63,343 nucleotides of DNA from a virus (taxonomy: Duplodnaviria > Caudoviricetes): the IMG/VR virus record IMGVR_UViG_3300012927_000007, positions 1-63,343 of that record; one strand, written 5' to 3'. The stretch's first letter is position 1, and every line of letters starts with the position of its first letter. Below, piece after piece: positions 48,898 to 58,316 of the stretch. The position numbers and the translations under genes were made by a program. Under the pieces are notes generated by a model. It was not told where the DNA came from. It saw only the letters and a list, made by a program, of their open reading frames with translations, and ran no database searches.

Positions 48898-51677
48898 GAG
48901 AGGCCCGCTCCACTGATGAGCGCCACACTCGCACTGGCGAACAGCAATGTCGCGATTCCTGCGCCGGTAAGTGTGCGGCTGCCCGTTGAGGCGCCGTTGC
49001 CAGCCCACTGTAATGTCATGCCGGCGCCCTGCGCGATAGTGAGCGATGCGCCGTTGCCGATGAAAATGGACACCACGGCGCCTGCGGAAAATACTGCGTT
49101 GTTGACAGTGAATGTGAGCCCGTTTGCGGAGGCTTGCACCGACTTGCCGCGGTCTGCGGCTACGAGCGTGTAGTTGGACCCCTGCACGTTGAGCGGGGTG
49201 TCTTTGTAACCCAACTCGAACAAACTTGTGCCGTCGTTGCCAAATACGACGCCGTCCCCTCGCACCTTGAAATACGCGACAGATCCAGCTTGATTTTGGA
49301 CAAGTAGTCCATAGTCTGCGCTAGTCGTGCCGGCGTTAGCCGCGATGCCAAAAGATACCCCGGAAGTAGAAGAGCCTGTTGCCAGCAGTCCTAGTTGTCC
49401 AGCGACCCCCACTAGAGATAACGTTGTGCCGCCGCCGGGGGCGGGGATTGTCCACGCTCCATTAGTATCTATAGTGAGTCGGTTGGCCGCCGCCGTCCTA
49501 TCGAACAGATTAAATACTCCGGTCGCACTTCCGCCTGATAAAATGCTCCATATGCGGGTTCCGGTTTGTCCGTCCTGTATATCTACCCGGCCGCTGACAC
49601 CTGAACCCCCGGTGAAAAGCCCAGTGGCCACCCCCGCGACAGGACCAGTCACAGTTAAAGGTACGCCACTAGACGGTGCGTTGATTGTTACGTTGCCGGC
49701 AGTACCTATGAGCAGAGAATTGGCGCTAGGGCCCGCAAAAAATGCTCCATCACCTCGAACTAACAAATAGTTAAGAGTAACGGCTTTGTTCTGTACTTGC
49801 AGTGGAAAATCAGCACTGTTTGTGCCCGCATCGATCACCAGACCATACGACTGCCCCGTTGTAGCACTTCCGGTTATTTGAACAGCCTGGATGTTAGCTG
49901 CCCCGTTGACACTCAATGTGGCGCCGCTTGCAGGGGCGTTTATAGCAACCCCGCGGGTGCTCAATACTTTAAGTATCTGATTCCAACCCGCGTTGTATTG
50001 CCACAGCTCAGTCTGTCCGCCAGAATTTTGTAAAGTAGATGCGGTGGTGTTTGTAGTATCAAACAACTCGATATTGGGGCCGTTCGCTACTATGTTAACA
50101 GTTGACCCGGCACGAGATATCTGTATATCCGCAGCGTTACCAGTAGCACCTTGCCCGCTGGACGCTAAGATAGTTGTCGCGCCCGCGCCCCCTCCGGTAA
50201 CAGCCAACGCCGTGCCGCTGGAGGGGGTGTTTATGGTCATTCCGGTCGTACCGGCCGTAAACCCCCCGGAACCCCCCGGATTGACAACTAACTGCCCATC
50301 CCCACGCACCTGTAAATAGTTGGTGCTGGCCGCTTGGTTACGGACAAGGAATGAGATATCCGACCCATTCGTGCCCGCGTTGATGACTTGCCCGAAGCCT
50401 TGACTCGCTGTACTACTTGAAGTGACGCTTATCGCGTATGCACCGGCAACGCCCGTGACCGAAAGCGTAGTGCCACTAGCGGATGCATTGATGACCCACT
50501 GGCCCGCCGAGCTTATTACCCCACGCTGCACCCCCGCCGTGGAGATGCCAAGTACGTCCGTGCCGGCTTTATAGAAGCCCATCGTCGTGTCGGACGCGAA
50601 CGTGATGGAGGGCGCCGCAGCCGTACCATCCCCAAACGTTACGCCGCCGCCCGTGATCGCGTTGACGATGTTGAGGCCGTCACAGTACAGAATCGTACGG
50701 TTGGCCTGAGGCACAACGAACGTCGTCCCCGCACCGCCCGCCGAGATCGTCAGTGTGAAAGCGCCGGTGGTCTCGTTATCGATCCAATACTGCTGAATCG
50801 ATGCGGGCACCACGATAACGGTGTTGCCCGCCAGAGCGCCCGTGAACTTGTACGAGATGCGGTTGAGCTGCGCCCCCGCTAATATGACATTGCCCGAAGC
50901 GCCCGCAAGGCTGATGGTCACGAAGTTGAACGAAGACGCGACCGACTGACCAAAACCCAATGTGATGAGGTTCGTGCCATCACTGATCAGGACGCACGAG
51001 TCGTTCGGGTTGAAGCTCTTGCTGGAGGTCCCGTCGATGTTCCCTGCGGCAGGGGCCAACGTGAGCACCCCCGTGCCGGCGTTCTTGATGTAGCAAAACC
51101 AATCCGACCCCACGGTTGCCGGAGCTGGCGCGGTAAACGTACCCCCCGATCCGCCGGTCCACTCCACACACGCCGCGCGGTCGCTGTTCTGGATCGCATA
51201 GTTGGACCCCTGCGCATTGATGAAGATGCGCTCGTTCAGGGTCGTCGTGATAGCCTTGAGCCCGTTGCCCGCCAACGCCGCAGCGTTAGCGCTGGAGGCC
51301 CCCGCACCGTACTGGAACACCCGCCACGTGCCCGCGAGCGTCGAGTTGTCCGAGATGTAAATCTGCCATACCTGTCCGGAAGCAATAGCCGCGATCGTGG
51401 CGCCAGAGGCGTCCAGCACCGAGAAGGTATTAGCCCCAACATTGTTGAACAACGCGCAGTACCCGACCCCCACTTGGCGCGCATCCGAAAGCTGGATCGT
51501 CAAGGCTCCCACGGTCGCCGTGACGTCGATGATCTCCGCGACAGACGGCGCGGTGATGTTGGATTCCAGCGGCCAGCCCAGGATGACGTTGGCGGAAATG
51601 TTCAGCGCCAGGTACGTCGGGATCGCAGGAGCCACGACATTTCCACCGAACACCGTCTGATAAATACTGCCGGCCAT
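48894..51677 (-). CDS. tail fibre protein
   Basis: 927 aa; DGTAAAPSITFASD, repeated VRGDG modules, YTLVAADRGK C-terminal domain. Confidence 0.85.
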   Translation of the reverse strand: MAGSIYQTVFGGNVVAPAIPTYLALNISANVILGWPLESNITAPSVAEIIDVTATVGALTIQLSDARQVGVGYCALFNNVGANTFSVLDASGATIAAIASGQVWQIYISDNSTLAGTWRVFQYGAGASSANAAALAGNGLKAITTTLNERIFINAQGSNYAIQNSDRAACVEWTGGSGGTFTAPAPATVGSDWFCYIKNAGTGVLTLAPAAGNIDGTSSKSFNPNDSCVLISDGTNLITLGFGQSVASSFNFVTISLAGASGNVILAGAQLNRISYKFTGALAGNTVIVVPASIQQYWIDNETTGAFTLTISAGGAGTTFVVPQANRTILYCDGLNIVNAITGGGVTFGDGTAAAPSITFASDTTMGFYKAGTDVLGISTAGVQRGVISSAGQWVINASASGTTLSVTGVAGAYAISVTSSSTASQGFGQVINAGTNGSDISFLVRNQAASTNYLQVRGDGQLVVNPGGSGGFTAGTTGMTINTPSSGTALAVTGGGAGATTILASSGQGATGNAADIQISRAGSTVNIVANGPNIELFDTTNTTASTLQNSGGQTELWQYNAGWNQILKVLSTRGVAINAPASGATLSVNGAANIQAVQITGSATTGQSYGLVIDAGTNSADFPLQVQNKAVTLNYLLVRGDGAFFAGPSANSLLIGTAGNVTINAPSSGVPLTVTGPVAGVATGLFTGGSGVSGRVDIQDGQTGTRIWSILSGGSATGVFNLFDRTAAANRLTIDTNGAWTIPAPGGGTTLSLVGVAGQLGLLATGSSTSGVSFGIAANAGTTSADYGLLVQNQAGSVAYFKVRGDGVVFGNDGTSLFELGYKDTPLNVQGSNYTLVAADRGKSVQASANGLTFTVNNAVFSAGAVVSIFIGNGASLTIAQGAGMTLQWAGNGASTGSRTLTGAGIATLLFASASVALISGAGLS

Positions 51678-51678
51678 G

Positions 51679-52341
51679 TCAATCCTCGTTGCGCACGGCG
51701 GCGCGGTCTACAGAGCGCATCAAGTCTTCCTTCTCCAGAGTCGAGACCGCCTCTTCATATAGGGGTTGCCACGTCTGCATGCGCTCGTCGTTCTTCAAAA
51801 ACGGGGTGCACTCCATCAACGTGCGGTACAACAAGGTCTCCGGGGCGTAGCTGGTCCAGAAGTTCGTCTGGTTCGAACTGTCGAGGAGTTGCGGCAATCC
51901 GTAGTAGAGGATCTGCCACGGGTAGGCAATTACCGGCGTCGGCACGATGAGCCAGTGCGCGTAGTCGTAGTCCGCGTAGTACATCGGCTGCGCCGTCAAG
52001 GTGAGGTCAGGCCAGTAGCTCAAGCAGTACTCGTACTGTCGCGCAAATAGCGGTGTCGCGGAATTCTGCGCAGCGTCCGCCGGGGTCGCGATACCGAAGT
52101 TCATCGAGATCGTACGACGCCAGCCGTTCGGCTTGGTGTACACCGCGTTGCCCGCGGCTAGTGCCCCAACGATGGGGATGTTCATCCCGAGGATCTTGAG
52201 ACGCCGCGCAATCGCCCGCTCCGCGTTGTTGATCAACAGCGGGAAGAGGTTGAAAACGGTGGGGTCAGTCGTGCCGCTCCCACGTTCAAGATAGGCTTGC
52301 AAATTCGAGATCAACGAGTTGAACGTGAGAGCGACAGGCAT
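51679..52341 (-). CDS. head-tail adaptor-like protein
   Basis: LINNAERAIARRLK, QTNFWT.YAP..LLY..L.E..PFLKNDER. Confidence 0.7.
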   Translation of the reverse strand: MPVALTFNSLISNLQAYLERGSGTTDPTVFNLFPLLINNAERAIARRLKILGMNIPIVGALAAGNAVYTKPNGWRRTISMNFGIATPADAAQNSATPLFARQYEYCLSYWPDLTLTAQPMYYADYDYAHWLIVPTPVIAYPWQILYYGLPQLLDSSNQTNFWTSYAPETLLYRTLMECTPFLKNDERMQTWQPLYEEAVSTLEKEDLMRSVDRAAVRNED

Positions 52342-52551
52342 TTACGCGACCTGCGGCATATCAGGCGGCAGCGCTGCACCGTTCGGTACAGGTGCTGGGG
52401 GCGCCGGTTGCACGCGCGAGGCGGTCAGCGCAGCTTTCGCCTGCTGCACCTCGCCGATGACTTGAGCCAGGGGCATGAACTCGCCCCACAACGGGCAGCT
52501 GCGCGACATGAGCAGCGCTTCGATATTCGTCAATGTCTGAAGTGAAAGCAT
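52342..52551 (-). CDS. small hypothetical protein (possible fibre chaperone)
   Basis: GGAGG-like RBS (GAGGACG), 69 aa. Confidence 0.5.
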   Translation of the reverse strand: MLSLQTLTNIEALLMSRSCPLWGEFMPLAQVIGEVQQAKAALTASRVQPAPPAPVPNGAALPPDMPQVA

Positions 52552-52561
52552 TTCGTCCTCT

Positions 52562-53089
52562 TTACGGTTGTTTAGCGATAGATGCGATGGTTGCGTCTTT
52601 GTCGCGCGCTCCGGCAGTAGTACCGAAGTAATACGACAGCACGAGCACTGTCGCGGAATCAAAAGTCCCGAGGATGCGCCCCAGAACCACCCCATCCACG
52701 GTTTTGGGTTGTCCCCACACGATGATGAACCCCTCCAGGAGAGCCGTCAGGATGATGACGGTGTAGGCTAAAATCTGTGGAGTTCGGTCCCGCACGGACA
52801 TCTCACGCCCTCGCGCACTGGCGGTGTCCGCTGCGGCTATCCGGTCCTCCTCCACCCCGAGGTCCGCCAAGTGCGCCTGGAACGCATCGTTGGCCTCCTT
52901 CATTTTCAACATGACTTGCGGATCCCCGGAAAGAACCGCATTCTCCAACGCCTTTTGGTCGCCCTTCGGAGTACCCAACTTACTCGCGAGGAAATTACCC
53001 GCCAACCCACCCAACGGGCCGCCGAAAGCGGTTCCGATCAGGGGCGCCACGGTAGCCACCACCTGTTTGAATTCGTCCCCAAAACTCAT
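52562..53089 (-). CDS. holin-like membrane protein
   Basis: Follows endolysin; VAP.IGTA.GGPLGG, D..SAR.RE, TM helices, YYFG. Confidence 0.72.
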   Translation of the reverse strand: MSFGDEFKQVVATVAPLIGTAFGGPLGGLAGNFLASKLGTPKGDQKALENAVLSGDPQVMLKMKEANDAFQAHLADLGVEEDRIAAADTASARGREMSVRDRTPQILAYTVIILTALLEGFIIVWGQPKTVDGVVLGRILGTFDSATVLVLSYYFGTTAGARDKDATIASIAKQP

Positions 53090-53091
53090 GA

Positions 53092-53553
53092 TTACACCCC
53101 ATCCAGAAACAAAGCTTTTTCGAGTTGTCTACGCCGCAGCAGCCCCGCATTAGGCGCGCCGTTAACGTGGTCCCACGCCAGGAACTGCTCCGCGGCCGGG
53201 CCAATCTGTCCATTGTTGAGTAAATGCAGCAGGGTGGATTCCACCCATACTTCCCCCGTGCGGTGCTCCAAGACGACCGTGCCGGCGTTGTATGCAAGGC
53301 TCACCAGCGCATCAAACTGGTGCTGGGTCAGGGGGACTTTCACATCGTGGGTGACGCCGGTTTCCTCCACCGCAAGATCCCCCATGAGCCAATCCAGCGC
53401 CTTCTGTGGAGTGCACGTGGTGCTCTCCGTGACGTCGGACCCTGTGTGTCCCCACCCCGCCGTGAGTACCCCTCCGGAATCCCGGTAAGCCTTGTCGCGG
53501 TAGTTCTCAAAAAACTGGATTATTGCAATACCTAAAGGACTGGTACGCATCAC
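53092..53553 (-). CDS. endolysin, GH24 lysozyme
   Basis: FENYRDKAYRDSGGVLTAGWGHT (E-x8-D-x5-T), QFDALVSLAYN, GLLRRR..E. Confidence 0.92.
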   Translation of the reverse strand: MMRTSPLGIAIIQFFENYRDKAYRDSGGVLTAGWGHTGSDVTESTTCTPQKALDWLMGDLAVEETGVTHDVKVPLTQHQFDALVSLAYNAGTVVLEHRTGEVWVESTLLHLLNNGQIGPAAEQFLAWDHVNGAPNAGLLRRRQLEKALFLDGV

Positions 53554-53903
53554 ACCTTCTCCAACCGGGCCACACGATCGTTGAGCCTATCCATGGCGCC
53601 AAAATACGGATCGGCGTTTTCGTGCTTCCAATCGCGTAGATCATCAATGTCCTTTTCCGCTCTACGGAGCCTGTCCGCGTGAACCCCAAAGTCCTCCAAC
53701 TTGGTTTCTATACGCTTCAACGTGCTGGTGTTCTCCCGGTGTAGCTGCATGCGCTCTTTTTGCATGTCGTTGAACTTGCCGTCCAACTCTACCCGGGTAA
53801 TACGATTGGCCATACGACGCTCCACGGTCCACACCCACGCAAGGAGGGCGCCTGTTGGTACTAATGCTATTTCCACCCAACCGATGACTTCATCCATCGG
53901 CAC
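53550..53903 (-). CDS. membrane-anchored coiled-coil protein (lysis region)
   Basis: N-terminal TM plus coiled coil. Confidence 0.6.
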   Translation of the reverse strand: MPMDEVIGWVEIALVPTGALLAWVWTVERRMANRITRVELDGKFNDMQKERMQLHRENTSTLKRIETKLEDFGVHADRLRRAEKDIDDLRDWKHENADPYFGAMDRLNDRVARLEKV

Positions 53904-53906
53904 GGG

Positions 53907-54194
53907 TTAGCCGCTCTGGTTGGCGATCAACTGCTGATCCTGAGCTGCGAGGGCTGACGGTACGTTGATGCTGGTGTCGGGGCGCACGAACGGTAAGGTA
54001 ATATCCTCCGTCTCACGCGCCGGCAGGCGCCACGGGTCCAGCACGTCAAGGTCATCTTTGCAGACCATGAGGCCCGGTGAGTTTGGGTCAGAAGACAACT
54101 CACCCAAGGGAAGTTTTGCACTACATCGACCGCACAGCCCCACTCCAAGGGTGGCTTGCCCGGTGGTATCAACAAAATAAGCGGGTGACTGCAT
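53907..54194 (-). CDS. small Zn-binding head-completion-region protein
   Basis: CGRC...DPN.PGLMVC..D.D..DP. Confidence 0.65.
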   Translation of the reverse strand: MQSPAYFVDTTGQATLGVGLCGRCSAKLPLGELSSDPNSPGLMVCKDDLDVLDPWRLPARETEDITLPFVRPDTSINVPSALAAQDQQLIANQSG

Positions 54195-54198
54195 AGCG

Positions 54199-55290
54199 TT
54201 ACCGTGTGTAAGCTCGGATGTTAGGGCGCATCATGACGGGAGACGAGTCTGTTTCAGACGCCCACCCTTCCGCCCAGCGGTCCTTGTCTTCTTGCAGAAG
54301 AGCCGCTTTATCCGTATCGCTCATTCCCTTGGCGATCTCGGGGATCATGAACATCAACTCTTTGGCAGTGCGGGTGAGGATCGCGAGAAACCAGCGCTGA
54401 GGCACTTCAATCGTCTGCGTCAGCGTCCCCACATCCTGCACGTAGCGCTGCACGTACAATACGATCTGGGAGAACGTGAACTGCAACTGCGGTGAAGGCC
54501 ACAACGTCAGAGTCGGTTGCGGGATGCTTTTGTTGTACCAAAACTCAAGCGGCCGCCCCTGGAACCACTTGTTAGGGTAGTTTGAATAATTATCCCGGTT
54601 GATCTTCGCGATGGGGATTTCCTGTGGAGCCGCCCCCGTCACGAACTCCGTCACGTTGAGTGTCGTACCCCCAGAAGCCTGCAGCCGTACGTACAGAACG
54701 CCAGCTTCGGGGATGCCCTGCACATCTATCCACTGCCATTGACCGGTGATCGCAGCCAGCGCGGTGTTGGTGTAGATCGGCGTGAAAGTGATTCCGTCCG
54801 TGGAGGTCTGAATAGCGACGCTCCATGTTCCCGTCGCGTTGGGTAGAATACCAAAGACGACCGGTTGCCCCGCCCCCGGGAATTGCACGGTGAGCGCGCC
54901 GTTGGGTGCAGTCTGCGTGCACGCGGTCGCTAGGTTATTGTCGAACGCGTTAGCCGCGACGCCCCCCGCTGAAGAGGTGTAGATGATGCCCGGCGCGGGA
55001 AGCTGTAACTGCGTGATGTTGCGCAGGTTGGCGTTGAGAACATCCACCGTGCCCAGCGGCGCGAGCACATCCTGGACCGCATCGTAGATCGGCAGGACGA
55101 CTTTCTGGACCGCCCAGAGCGCGACGCCTTTGGAGGCGAGCGTCGACAGCGCGAGGTACAACAGATCCTGCGCAATCGCGATGTATTCGGGGGTGATCTT
55201 CTGTGGAGCGAGCTGACTCCGGCCGAAAGCCCGATCTATTAATTTTCCAGTGTTGAATACAGTAGTCGACACCGTCCCGGAGGTAGTCAT
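54199..55290 (-). CDS. head-tail connector-like protein with inserted jelly-roll domain
   Basis: MTTSGT..F...LIDRAF, INRDNYSNYPNK..GRP..FW, LWP.P, VPQRW. Confidence 0.7.
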   Translation of the reverse strand: MTTSGTVSTTVFNTGKLIDRAFGRSQLAPQKITPEYIAIAQDLLYLALSTLASKGVALWAVQKVVLPIYDAVQDVLAPLGTVDVLNANLRNITQLQLPAPGIIYTSSAGGVAANAFDNNLATACTQTAPNGALTVQFPGAGQPVVFGILPNATGTWSVAIQTSTDGITFTPIYTNTALAAITGQWQWIDVQGIPEAGVLYVRLQASGGTTLNVTEFVTGAAPQEIPIAKINRDNYSNYPNKWFQGRPLEFWYNKSIPQPTLTLWPSPQLQFTFSQIVLYVQRYVQDVGTLTQTIEVPQRWFLAILTRTAKELMFMIPEIAKGMSDTDKAALLQEDKDRWAEGWASETDSSPVMMRPNIRAYTR

Positions 55291-55763
55291 ACAGACACAT
55301 GCCGCCAAGTTTTACGACGCAGTACGTCAGAAATCCCCTGTTGCGATATACCGAATTGCTGGCCAATAGCCTTCTGCGTCCACCCGTTTTGGTGGAGCAT
55401 AAAGATATCAACAATCCGCTCCTCTACTAAGACTGCGCTGCCTTGGTCACTACCACGCGCAGGAGTAAAGCGACCCTTTCGCAACATGTCGTCTGTATTG
55501 TCTTGAAAAGTACCTAAGAACAAGTGCTTAGGGTTAACACACGCACGATTGTCACAGCGGTGCAATACGCACTTGGCTGGTGGGATGGGGCCTTTGAACA
55601 ACTGCCAAGCGATTCGGTGCGCTAGGTGCTGAAGCCACTTGCCCTCACGTTTCACCCCAAAAGCCCCGTAGCCCGGCCCCCGCGTAGCGCCTACCCAAAG
55701 CCAGCATGTGGGGGTCTTCCGCACTTTGGAAAGGAACCGAGGTTTGATGCCCGAGGTGGCCAA
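55287..55763 (-). mobile_element. free-standing HNH homing endonuclease with C-terminal HTH
   Basis: CWLW.G, GYG, AHRIAW, VLHRCDNRACVNPKHLFLGT..DN. Confidence 0.9.
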
Positions 55764-55766
55764 GTC

Positions 55767-55791
55767 GCGCGCTCCTTAAGTGGAAGCGCGC
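55767..55791 (-). promoter_or_regulatory. hairpin occluding the HNH RBS
   Basis: GCGCGCTTC-CACTTAA-GGAGCGCGC; AAGGAG lies 8 nt before TTG. Confidence 0.65.
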
Positions 55792-55967
55792 CTGCACAAC
55801 GATCGCGGCACACTAGCGGACGAAAGTTCCCGCCAGCAGCGAGCCTAGCGGCTTGAACTTCACGTTACAAGAGCGAGAGCCCCCAAAAAATATTTCGCAA
55901 AAGCGTCCATTTCCCCCTCGCCCACGGCGTCTATAGAGAAGGAACCTAGGAAGACACGGACGTCACC

Positions 55968-56705
55968 CTACTTTACCCCGTGCCCGCGCGGCGGGGCCGT
56001 ACGCACATGCTTGGCCACCTCCTGCTTGGCGATCCGGCGTGCGGGCACCGGGCCGCCCCCAGCGCGCGCCAGAGGTCCTGGGCCGGGCATGGGCAAGGGG
56101 TGACGCATCGGCAGCTGGGGGCGCGCAGGCAGCCCCTGAGGCCGCATCCCCATACGTCCGCCCAGGCCCCCGGGGGGCATCGCATTGACCATCGGAGGCA
56201 TAACCGCCCCGCCAGGGGCGTACATCGCACCGCCGGCGTTCTTGTGCGGGATCTTGCCGCCATGCTTGTAATCCGGGCCGCCCGCGGGAATGTGCGTCGA
56301 ATCATGCACAGAGCCCCCGCCCGCGAAGGTCTCCGCGTGCTTCTCCGCCGCCGAATACGAGTGGCTCACTGAGTGCGTCCGACCACCCTTCGCGTGGAAA
56401 TGCTTGTGCACGTGGAAGTGCTTGGTAGGGCCCCCTTTCTTGAAGCCTGCGGTGAGGGGCGTTTTGCCGCCGTGCTCGGCGAGCTCCACCGTGGGGGCCT
56501 CCTTACGCAACGTGGCGGCGTTGCCCTGCATACGATTGCCTTCTTTCGGGTAAACCTCCGCATGGCCGGGGTTGGTGTCGACCTTGTCGACCGGGCCGCC
56601 GCGCGCGAGCCGGTTGAGCGTACTGCCGGTGCCGCCCCCGATCGAGCCGCCGTCCCAGTGGTGGTGTCCCCGGAGAGCCCGCGAGGTATCTTTAAAGCCT
56701 GACAT
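55968..56705 (-). CDS. basic disordered protein with ~10 xxGG repeats
   Basis: LARGG, FKKGG, HAKGG, FAGGG, YKHGG, KNAGG, YAPGG, RAGGG. Confidence 0.75.
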   Translation of the reverse strand: MSGFKDTSRALRGHHHWDGGSIGGGTGSTLNRLARGGPVDKVDTNPGHAEVYPKEGNRMQGNAATLRKEAPTVELAEHGGKTPLTAGFKKGGPTKHFHVHKHFHAKGGRTHSVSHSYSAAEKHAETFAGGGSVHDSTHIPAGGPDYKHGGKIPHKNAGGAMYAPGGAVMPPMVNAMPPGGLGGRMGMRPQGLPARPQLPMRHPLPMPGPGPLARAGGGPVPARRIAKQEVAKHVRTAPPRGHGVK

Positions 56706-56714
56706 ACAAAGCTC

Positions 56715-57089
56715 CTATACAGGAATACTAGAGCCCGTGAGGATGACTTGCAGGTCGCCTGTGCCAACTTCGGATTGCAGTGCGACTCTAACGTAAACAT
56801 CCGTGCTGACTGGAATAGCGTCTACAACTGCGCTTACTTCAGGGACGTAGTAAAGCTTTCCTCCCTCATCTACTCCAGTAAGCGTTAATCGCCTAATAAT
56901 GTTGTCGTAATCCGGTGAGTTAGTCCCCAGATTAACTACCACATCCTCCAACCCGCTACCGGATGTGCAGATGAACTGTACGTCTAGAGGATAAAAAAGC
57001 GTATTCGATGGGGTTGTACCCAGTAGCGTATTACCTTGGGCGGTTAAATCAACCCCTTCTACATGCAGTGTATGGTCATAAACAGACAT
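56715..57089 (-). CDS. beta-rich virion protein (AT-richer DNA)
   Basis: 124 aa, jelly-roll-like pattern. Confidence 0.6.
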   Translation of the reverse strand: MSVYDHTLHVEGVDLTAQGNTLLGTTPSNTLFYPLDVQFICTSGSGLEDVVVNLGTNSPDYDNIIRRLTLTGVDEGGKLYYVPEVSAVVDAIPVSTDVYVRVALQSEVGTGDLQVILTGSSIPV

Positions 57090-57099
57090 TTGAACAATC

Positions 57100-57675
57100 C
57101 TATTGGATAACCCGAACCACGTAAGTAGACGCAACTGGGGTCAGCGCAGCAAGCGCGCACACCTTCACAGTGACAGTATTCGCTGAAGTTACCTGCGCAT
57201 CCCAGATAATGCCGTCCCCTGGATACGTGTTAGGATCAGTCAAAGCGACCATGGAAGTAGTAGCTCCAGTCACGGTGGCGGTACCCGTCGCACACGTCGC
57301 AGGAGTTAAAGCGCCGCCGCCGATACTCCCGGAGGTGCCTGAAAGAATTGGAGTCGTCCCTGCGGGGAGGTCCGCGGTAACGATTGCACGTAACCCAACC
57401 GCGCCACTGGACCCGTTCGGGCTAGCCAGGACTTGATTCTGTGTCTGACCCCCCGCGAACGTCCCCGCAAGGGTGCCCGTTCCCGTAACCGGGGAACCCG
57501 CCACCGTGAACACCGAGGGTAAAGTCAACCCGACACTGGCAACGGTTCCACCGCCGCCCCCGTTTGGGCCGCCATTGTTAATCCCCGTGGATTGGGCGTA
57601 CAGCACCAACGGGATAGCTACCGCGAAACTGACCGCAATACATAACCAGACAGCCGCTTTACGTACGGGGTTCAT
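57100..57675 (-). CDS. fibre-like protein with N-terminal signal peptide/TM
   Basis: MNPVRKAAVWLCIAVSFAVAIPLVLYA followed by GTVASVGL..FTVAGSPVT.TGTL fibre motif. Confidence 0.65.
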   Translation of the reverse strand: MNPVRKAAVWLCIAVSFAVAIPLVLYAQSTGINNGGPNGGGGGTVASVGLTLPSVFTVAGSPVTGTGTLAGTFAGGQTQNQVLASPNGSSGAVGLRAIVTADLPAGTTPILSGTSGSIGGGALTPATCATGTATVTGATTSMVALTDPNTYPGDGIIWDAQVTSANTVTVKVCALAALTPVASTYVVRVIQ

Positions 57676-58307
57676 GAGACCATCCCTGATTGCTGCACGA
57701 TGATTTTACCCGCACCGTTACCGGAGTTGGTGAGCAAGCGAATCGCGGAGACCGGCGCCCCGATAGATCCTGATTGGGTCGTGGACGCGCCGACCAGATT
57801 GGCCCCGGCGGAGAACCACGTGAACGGCCCTGGCGCTGCGCCAAAAACATCATCCAACGTCCACTGCACCGTGTAATTCAGCGTCCCTGTCACAATGACG
57901 CCCACTGAGATATCTGTCGGACCCAGGTACCTATCCACGGGTATTTCCTGGGAGCCACCGATCTGCAGCGTATCCACGGTCACGGCGGAAGCGACCGCCG
58001 CACTGACCGCGATCTGCGTCACCGTACGATAATTCAGGGTCGTCTGCACAGTATTGGCATTAGGCCCGGCGATCGTCTGCGAGATGACCCGCCCCTGGTC
58101 ATCCGTCCCGGTCACCGTGAAGTTGACCGCAGAATCATTACCCGCAGAAGTAATCCCAACGGTCTGCTGTGCAGCCAACGTCGCGACGCCTGCGGAAGCG
58201 AGCGTACCGTTGATCAGGAGGTTGCCCGCCCCCGCGGTGGTTTGGGACGCGCAGATAGCCCCGACCGCCGCAGCGGCCAGGGTACGCGAAAACGTTACTG
58301 GGCGCAT
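57672..58307 (-). CDS. virion structural protein
   Basis: ITSAGNDSAVNFTVTGTD..G..ISQTI.GPN beta-sandwich. Confidence 0.7.
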   Translation of the reverse strand: MRPVTFSRTLAAAAVGAICASQTTAGAGNLLINGTLASAGVATLAAQQTVGITSAGNDSAVNFTVTGTDDQGRVISQTIAGPNANTVQTTLNYRTVTQIAVSAAVASAVTVDTLQIGGSQEIPVDRYLGPTDISVGVIVTGTLNYTVQWTLDDVFGAAPGPFTWFSAGANLVGASTTQSGSIGAPVSAIRLLTNSGNGAGKIIVQQSGMVS

Positions 58308-58316
58308 GACGCCTCC

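Noticed and set aside
48262-51677. Diversity-generating retroelement or shufflon at the fibre
   Set aside because: No reverse transcriptase, recombinase or near-identical template repeat seen
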